From a virus (Duplodnaviria; Caudoviricetes): a stretch of 64,000 nucleotides of DNA. Location of the stretch: positions 1-64,000 of the IMG/VR virus record IMGVR_UViG_3300044557_000104. One strand, 5' to 3'. Positions 58,701 to 64,000 of the stretch are shown here, piece by piece (position 1 is the stretch's first letter; each line of letters begins with the position of its first letter). The position numbers and the translations under genes are program-made. Under the pieces are notes generated by a model that searched no databases, was not told the origin of the DNA, and saw only the letters and a program-made list of their open reading frames with translations.

Positions 58701-59654
58701 AACACCAGCAACAATAAGAAAAATGATGTTCTTAGTCGTGCTAAATCCCTGCTCAAAGGTTTCAATGATATGCTTGACAAAGCCCTTAAAGTTATTGCCG
58801 CAGCCAAAGAGATTAAAGGCGGAGACTCTAATAGTGACTCAGACTCTAATTCTGATGTAACTGGAACAAGTGGCAAAGGCTCAGAAGCACTTAAAAGCAT
58901 TGCAAAAAAAGTTGGTAAGGATTTGGGGGTTGACCCAAGCTATATCTATGCACAACTAGCGTTAGAATCAGCAGATGGAACATCCAAATTGTCTTCCCAC
59001 AATAACTTTGGTGGTATAAAGTACCAAAGTGGGGCAGCCGGTGAAACAAAAGGGTCAATAAGTCCAGAGCATGATGCCTACGCATACTTTGACTCAACAG
59101 ATGCTTTTGCCAGTAAGTATGAAGCAACATTAAAGAGTAAAGGAATACAGAACTCATCAAGCCTAGAAGACTTTAATAATAAGCTCAAAGCTGGTGGGTA
59201 TTATACAGATAACTCTGCGCATTACTTATCTATGTTAAAGTCAAAAGTAAAAGACTATAATGCTATGGGTGGTGTAAAACTTCATTCCACTGGTGGTATG
59301 AGTATTGCTAACCAAGCCACTTATGCTAATGGTGGCAACGTCTATGGTGAAGCTGGTACCGAAGCATATGTTCCATTAAATGCTGGACACTTCTATGATG
59401 GTATGTCTACTGTTAATGATCTAGCTGGTATGTTTGGCAAACGTCTGGTAGATCATAGCGCTACTGATAATTCAAGTAATGCACGTAATGTTTCTGTATC
59501 ACCATCTTATAACATTAATATTGATGCTAGTGGTAGTAATGGTGTTGATGAGAATAAGATTAAACAAGTGGTTATGCAAGCATTACAGTCCTATACTAAT
59601 GATATTAAAAATCAAACTACAAGTGCATTCTTTGGTAATGCCTTTGTACAATAA
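55791..59654 (+). CDS. tape measure protein with C-terminal glucosaminidase (GH73-like) domain
   Basis: Long Ala/Gly/Ser-rich helical protein; AQ.ALES...NN.GGIK...F.S...L...GY.TD..Y. Confidence 0.88.
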   Translation: MSDSKDVDLNIKFNANEVLSQIRQVDQAIANTQNRVNQLNRKASNNNGTISARDQANVAGQLGDSQEMLRAIQELSKVTAQTLDYQRANHADTSTVSNNQNVYKMLQDALDRGHSSIGYSQTTGNVNPNESFQQTQGYKTNASKAYSNYNDTDLQHERDELNRSMKDFVRSISLQVGNTSRSITRTSGTLDTTIRSGHMSGERYDKYNNGFATANENIKSTSVSIDDKIREYTGRRDQVQGRIDSINNNNAKGQYSRDDASEKAAATEQVKEIQKNIDSLRTFREQLDKASDTNKTNQNKLNTAVDSDAVGVDPYKNSLRGIINSRLPSIGRGAVAAGTATATGLVSSGSQARLQMEEQVNPIMYAQAQQNGVTKHADNTIENNLADISKKNGTNYKQTEMAQFASAYTGSTGNSNYQSGANNWSQFARYSGVSNDTALALENTVGQSGGGSDSAAVTHAIQNSITNSGMTAKANVQGQALNSLISNASNLNLSKTNIKDMAGFQGIMAKQGSDLQGQNGANALTATTKAVTNFNDPVARMWFGGNSDKYQGVDGQVKLMDDMQQAAKDPLKLNNPIARGLASNHGNVERTAGQLSQMAQANGQDLTVAQARKLINLQKNGQWTKKAVNDIVKPKGKSDKNKAQYDKSGVATINAKEAIIQAASIKSSQAMDTPRAIGNTLMGMSSGLTATMLTGGSIGASALQSIGGTAIGSMFQGKGEHTAPRGGRHMDKSGRFTSRVGSKIRSTASTIGESGIFKGATKYAKRAGGFLKNSRIGGFAVSVGTGILTHGKSLKSRTMQRFARNGSHFATKGATKEAESVATRATRFAKTSRASSLLSKGGSVLRGAGKIGGGALSAALAVGSIYTDLKTTKKGSKERHKAVGSSVGSGVGGTVGSVLGSALGPLGTIAGGAAGSWIGGKIGGFAGGLLPANNKKSVVERAKEKQKKDMKKFFGGDKDDKNLTKMGKSKNTSNNKKNDVLSRAKSLLKGFNDMLDKALKVIAAAKEIKGGDSNSDSDSNSDVTGTSGKGSEALKSIAKKVGKDLGVDPSYIYAQLALESADGTSKLSSHNNFGGIKYQSGAAGETKGSISPEHDAYAYFDSTDAFASKYEATLKSKGIQNSSSLEDFNNKLKAGGYYTDNSAHYLSMLKSKVKDYNAMGGVKLHSTGGMSIANQATYANGGNVYGEAGTEAYVPLNAGHFYDGMSTVNDLAGMFGKRLVDHSATDNSSNARNVSVSPSYNINIDASGSNGVDENKIKQVVMQALQSYTNDIKNQTTSAFFGNAFVQ

Positions 59655-59718
59655 AATGATACCTCTCGGTTTATTCTGGGAGGTATTCCTACATAATCCT
59701 AAGTAAAAGGAGAAAATT

Positions 59719-62301
59719 ATGAGAAATTTATATACACTTAAAGCAAATATGACCATTACTTTTTATACTGTAGATGGATCATATCCTGTTGTATCTCGTG
59801 CAGTTGATAATCAAGTTAGTCCGGGTTCACACCAAGCATTTTATAATGGATTAATATCATTTCAAACTAAAAATGATACTAGCGAAGATATTCCTACAGC
59901 AACCATTGTATTAACTGATGACTATGACTGGTCATCTATTCTAGTTCCTAATGACTATGTGGTAATTACTGCTGGTTATCGTGGAGACATGCCATACTCT
60001 GATAAAAACACAACTGTTAACAGTACTCTTTACTGTGGACTAGTTACTGATATCATGAAGACTGGTAGCTACGGGGATAATAATGCTAACAGAACCTTTA
60101 CCATTACAGTACAAGGAATGGCCAAGGTTCTACAAAGTATGAACCTATCTACTTTCTCTGAAATTACATCTACATTAAATGGATACCAAATGTTACCTGA
60201 TGATGAAAAGACAGGGATTGCTTTTTCCGGTAAGTCCTCTGCTGTTTTAATTGATGAAGTTTTAAAAAAGTTTATTCTTAACAACAATGAGTATACAAAG
60301 TATTTATTCCAAGATGAAAATGGTCAACAGTTCTCATTGGAATCATTACTACAAACACAATTGCAACCTAACACAGATGAAGCCTTTGCAAGTAATAGTA
60401 ATAATCAGTTTATGAACTATAATGGTACTATTCTGCAAATGGTTAAAGATATGGCTGTACGCCCTTTTAATGAGTTATATTGGACACATGAGCAAGGTGT
60501 AGCTACTCTTCATTATCGACCAACACCATTTGAGCAGTCTGAATGGACAGCATTAGAAGAGATCGACCTTAGTTCAGATAACATTATTTCTGAGGAAGTA
60601 CGTGCTAATGATGCTGAGCAGAGTTCTATTTTTAAACTATTAGCCACTGATGATGCAGGTTCACAATTAACAACTACTGGATTTTCTGGATCAATTTATC
60701 CATTAACTAATAGAGCGTTGATTCAACGATATGGGTATAAAACAATGGAAGTTCAAACCCCATATTTCAGTGGTGAATCTAACTCTGATGATTCCTCCTA
60801 TGGTGGAACTAGTGAAGCTGGTAAAGGTAAGACTGAATCAGAAGCTCAACTTCATTATCCCTCATATGGTAATATTCAAGATTACTTTGCTTTAGCTCGT
60901 GGAGTAAATGGAACAGATGATTATGATGTGCCCCCAGAACATGGTGGCAACCACACTTATGATTCCTTGTTAAGTTCACTTAAAGGTGGGGCTAGTCAAT
61001 CAGCATTTGTATCACAAGCTACTGATACTGGATTTATATCAGAGACACAAGCTAACAACTTATATGCTAAATATAAATCTTCTGGTAATGGAACTCTCAA
61101 TAAACAAGCGTACCTTTCGATCGTTGCACCTAACTATAATCCGACATCTACTAATGTTAGTTACAGCTCTACTTATTTAAAGAGTGTTAGTAAAATGAAA
61201 GATGACCCGGAGAAAGCTGCCATGGAGCTTATGCAGGAATCTAAATATACCTTGGGTTCTAAGCAGGCTTATGATCTAGTACAGGCAGCTATTGCAAGCA
61301 AGGGTAATGTAAGTAAGGCAACCTACCAAAAGATACTTGGTGAAGGTTATAACGCTAAACAAGATGGTGTTGACATATTATCAGCAGATGGTAGTGGGAA
61401 TCAAGACGCTGTTTCTCTACTTTTCCAAATGTATACACAAAAACTATTTAACTGGTATGCAGATAACAGTAAGTTTCACTCAGGAACAATTACAGTGCAA
61501 GGAACATTAGGCATCGAAAATGGTAAGCGTCTAGTGGTCTATGACAACAAAGAAAAAGTATACTGGGAGTACTATATTGAGTCAGTAGGGCATAACTTTA
61601 GTTACACTCAAGGCTGGACAACTCAAATTGGTGTTACCCGTGGGTTAGCCTTACCTAATCAAGGTGATACTACTAGGCGTTATGGATTCCCTTATAGTTT
61701 TTGGGGAACCTATGAACAATTTGTTGGTGGATACTTTGGTGAACAATCTATGGCTGATGCTGTGGCTGCTGCTGATTCTGCTAGTGGAGGTAGTGATGAT
61801 ACCTCTGGTGGTAGTGTTAGTGGTGGTGGAGATGATAAGTTTAGTTCTGGGGGTAAAACAGCTACAAAGGCTGTTGAACTAGCTAGTGGATTGAGTAAAA
61901 AAGCTGGAGCTGGTAGCTATAATCAAAGTTATCATACCCAAGACCCGTTTAATATGAGTAGTCCAAAAGGTGATTGTTCTAGTCTTGTGTACTTTGCATA
62001 TAAACACGCAGGCGTTAATTTAAGCAATGGTGGATGGACTACATGGAAACTGGCTAAAAGTGATAAACTAAAAACTATTGGTAGCTCTGGTAGTAATAAA
62101 GATGATGTTTATAAAAAGATGCACGTTGGTGACTTAATATTTTTCAAGACAACTGCAAAAGATGATAGCCATGTTGGGTTAGTTATGAGTGATGGAATCA
62201 TTGCTTGGAATACTAAAAAGGGGGTCTCTACCTTCTCATTAAAGAGTTCAAATTATTGGTGGAATGCGTGGAGGGGTCATTGCATGAGACTAAAAGAGTA
62301 A
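59719..62301 (+). CDS. baseplate hub / tail-associated lysin with C-terminal NlpC/P60 domain
   Basis: F.TKN...D, PFNEL.W, L.NWY..N..F.SG.I.V.G, YIESV.H.FSY; DCSSLV...GDLIFF...HVG. Confidence 0.88.
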   Translation: MRNLYTLKANMTITFYTVDGSYPVVSRAVDNQVSPGSHQAFYNGLISFQTKNDTSEDIPTATIVLTDDYDWSSILVPNDYVVITAGYRGDMPYSDKNTTVNSTLYCGLVTDIMKTGSYGDNNANRTFTITVQGMAKVLQSMNLSTFSEITSTLNGYQMLPDDEKTGIAFSGKSSAVLIDEVLKKFILNNNEYTKYLFQDENGQQFSLESLLQTQLQPNTDEAFASNSNNQFMNYNGTILQMVKDMAVRPFNELYWTHEQGVATLHYRPTPFEQSEWTALEEIDLSSDNIISEEVRANDAEQSSIFKLLATDDAGSQLTTTGFSGSIYPLTNRALIQRYGYKTMEVQTPYFSGESNSDDSSYGGTSEAGKGKTESEAQLHYPSYGNIQDYFALARGVNGTDDYDVPPEHGGNHTYDSLLSSLKGGASQSAFVSQATDTGFISETQANNLYAKYKSSGNGTLNKQAYLSIVAPNYNPTSTNVSYSSTYLKSVSKMKDDPEKAAMELMQESKYTLGSKQAYDLVQAAIASKGNVSKATYQKILGEGYNAKQDGVDILSADGSGNQDAVSLLFQMYTQKLFNWYADNSKFHSGTITVQGTLGIENGKRLVVYDNKEKVYWEYYIESVGHNFSYTQGWTTQIGVTRGLALPNQGDTTRRYGFPYSFWGTYEQFVGGYFGEQSMADAVAAADSASGGSDDTSGGSVSGGGDDKFSSGGKTATKAVELASGLSKKAGAGSYNQSYHTQDPFNMSSPKGDCSSLVYFAYKHAGVNLSNGGWTTWKLAKSDKLKTIGSSGSNKDDVYKKMHVGDLIFFKTTAKDDSHVGLVMSDGIIAWNTKKGVSTFSLKSSNYWWNAWRGHCMRLKE

Positions 62302-62323
62302 AAGTGTCTATTAAGTATATAGT

Positions 62324-62353
62324 AGAGCAGGGATTAAGTTCTCTGCTCTTTTC
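62324..62353 (+). terminator. intrinsic terminator
   Basis: agagcaggga/tctctgctct stem plus TTTT. Confidence 0.7.
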
Positions 62354-62446
62354 CTATATTAAACTCTAGTCAATTAAAATACAGAGAATAGTATTAAAAC
62401 TATGCTAAAATAGATTTATAAGGAAATGAAAGGCAGGGTGTAATCT

Positions 62447-64000
62447 TTGGCAAATGTAATTATTCCTAAATCAGAGAACCCTCTTAGAATGCAAGCTAGT
62501 CTTGGAGGAAAAAATGTATTTAGATCAACCTCTGGTCTAGATGGAAACAGTTACCTATTATCAGGGACTGTATCAAAGGTTTACTACCAAAAAGGAACCC
62601 TTGATTTTAAATTAGACGGGTCTAATATCCCAGTACAGGTTGTTGAAGGTGATGATGGTACATTTAGTGCCCCTATCCCAGTAGACTTCTTTGGGGAGAA
62701 CTCAGAAGGTCAAACATATGGGCATTACCGGCCAATACAAACAGGAAGTAAAATTGTAGTTGCTTATCTTAGTGGTAAGTTAAATAATCCTATTGTTATT
62801 GGTGTATACCCTAGTGACTCTGCTAGTTATGAATTAGTAGGGGGTATTAGTCGTAATACCCAAGACGATACACAGGAAGATGTGCAAGACGAAGTACTAA
62901 GTGAAAAGCATGTATATCCAAGTGGACAAATCCTATATCGTGCAGGTTCTGGGGATATAGCAGAGAGTTTACAAGGTAAATCATTTAGACTGATTCAACA
63001 AGATTCTATGGGGTATATGGACGACATTTGGTATACCTATGATGCTCTAGGGCTATTTAATGATGGTAATAATGATCCAATTACATCTAAACAAACATTG
63101 GCTGGATCATGGTTATTAGTTCATGAAGATAATAACCAAGCTAATGATGAAGCAGATGGACATATGACTCGCTTCTATGTTGATCCACACGGTAAATTCC
63201 AGATGGTCTTTGGTAACTATAATGATGCAAGTAACCTTGCAGTCTTAGAAGGTTCTAAAGATGCTGGATTCACCTTAACTAAGTTTTATGATAGTAATGA
63301 ACCAACAGATAGCTCAAAAGACTATGTAATGATGACCCTTGGTGATGAAAACAAGTCAATTAAGTTTACTGCTAGTTCAGAAGCAGAATCTGCTGATCAA
63401 TCATCTACTCTAGAAGTTAAGTCTGATGATGTCTATGTGAACGGTAAGAAACTTAGTGATTACATTAATGGAGTCACTAATATTGATGATGCTCTTAAAA
63501 ACTCAGATGAATACAATAGTACTAAAGACAAAGTAAATCAAGCTACCAATGACATTAGTGAATTATCTAAGCAAACAAGTGAAGCAGGAATTGTTGCGAG
63601 CCAAGCAGCAGAACAGGCTTCTCAAGCTGGTGAAGCCGCAGCTCAAGCTGGTGTAGATGCTAAAGCAGCAGGTCAAGCAGCATTAGACGGTGCTAATGAT
63701 ATCAAGAATAAAATTATTTACTATACCTCTATCTCACCTGAATCTGATGGAGACAATTATATTCCGGGTAAGTTTATTCATCTAACTACAACTACACTGA
63801 TTGATGAAGGTATTATTAAAAATGCCTATATTGAAAATGAAGCTGTTGATAACTCTAAGATTGCTAATCTAGCTGTTGATAGCGGTAAGATTACAGACTT
63901 AGCTGTTACTACTAGTAAAATTGCTAACTTAGCTGTTAACTCTGCACAGATTGCAGACTTGGCTGTTACAGATGCTAAGGTTGGTACCCTTAGTTTTGAC
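62447..64000 (+). CDS. central tail spike / baseplate protein, truncated by window end
   Basis: TTG start after GGGTG RBS; RMQASLG, V.KVYY..GT.DF OB-fold-like N-terminus; 10-aa AV...KI..L repeats at about 63840-63990; missing from the ORF track, consistent with no stop inside the window. Confidence 0.8.
   Translation, partial: MANVIIPKSENPLRMQASLGGKNVFRSTSGLDGNSYLLSGTVSKVYYQKGTLDFKLDGSNIPVQVVEGDDGTFSAPIPVDFFGENSEGQTYGHYRPIQTGSKIVVAYLSGKLNNPIVIGVYPSDSASYELVGGISRNTQDDTQEDVQDEVLSEKHVYPSGQILYRAGSGDIAESLQGKSFRLIQQDSMGYMDDIWYTYDALGLFNDGNNDPITSKQTLAGSWLLVHEDNNQANDEADGHMTRFYVDPHGKFQMVFGNYNDASNLAVLEGSKDAGFTLTKFYDSNEPTDSSKDYVMMTLGDENKSIKFTASSEAESADQSSTLEVKSDDVYVNGKKLSDYINGVTNIDDALKNSDEYNSTKDKVNQATNDISELSKQTSEAGIVASQAAEQASQAGEAAAQAGVDAKAAGQAALDGANDIKNKIIYYTSISPESDGDNYIPGKFIHLTTTTLIDEGIIKNAYIENEAVDNSKIANLAVDSGKITDLAVTTSKIANLAVNSAQIADLAVTDAKVGTLSFD

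Noticed and set aside
42589-61882. Numerous short antisense or alternate-frame ORFs inside structural genes (also 1399, 3086, 4650, 14126, 15126, 26077, 27593, 34342, 35215)
   Set aside because: Shadow ORFs fully overlapping well-supported genes, with no RBS or motifs noted

Overview
AT-rich 64-kb segment of a large lytic myovirus with SPO1/Twort-like (Herelleviridae-type) architecture. The host is most likely a lactobacillus, inferred from an Apf-like LysM protein and a signal-peptide GH25 lysin. Layout: (1) 1-1800, + strand early/host-takeover-type genes (probably the end of a long terminal repeat) with strong sigma-A promoters, an (ATTCTACT)x13 repeat and a truncated beta-clamp homolog. 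(2) 2260-31830, a - strand block of small accessory genes, an RNA-repair pair (Rnl1-type ligase + kinase-HD), family A DNA polymerase, SF2 helicase, SbcD-like nuclease, a 676-aa TerD-like/Rot-like protein with tandem structured RNAs in its leader, dNK + PnuC, and three TnpB genes without transposases. (3) A ~1.3-kb structured non-coding strand-switch region. (4) 33386-64000, + strand RNase H, endolysin, terminase (large subunit split by four group I introns), head, neck and contractile tail genes. Most notable: an array of three promoter-to-terminator small-RNA units at 36.5-37.1 kb carrying anti-RBS/anti-start-codon segments, one of which can form an 18-bp duplex with the start region of the phage's own Rot-like gene. 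Also notable: a terL intron that appears to end in A rather than G, an in-frame TGA in the endolysin signal peptide, several genes that need ATT/ATC starts, WalR-like boxes upstream of the LysM gene, and a UCC-UUU-CGA +1 frameshift in the tail chaperone. No tRNA, rRNA or CRISPR array was recognised. All family assignments are by eye and from memory; no searches were run.
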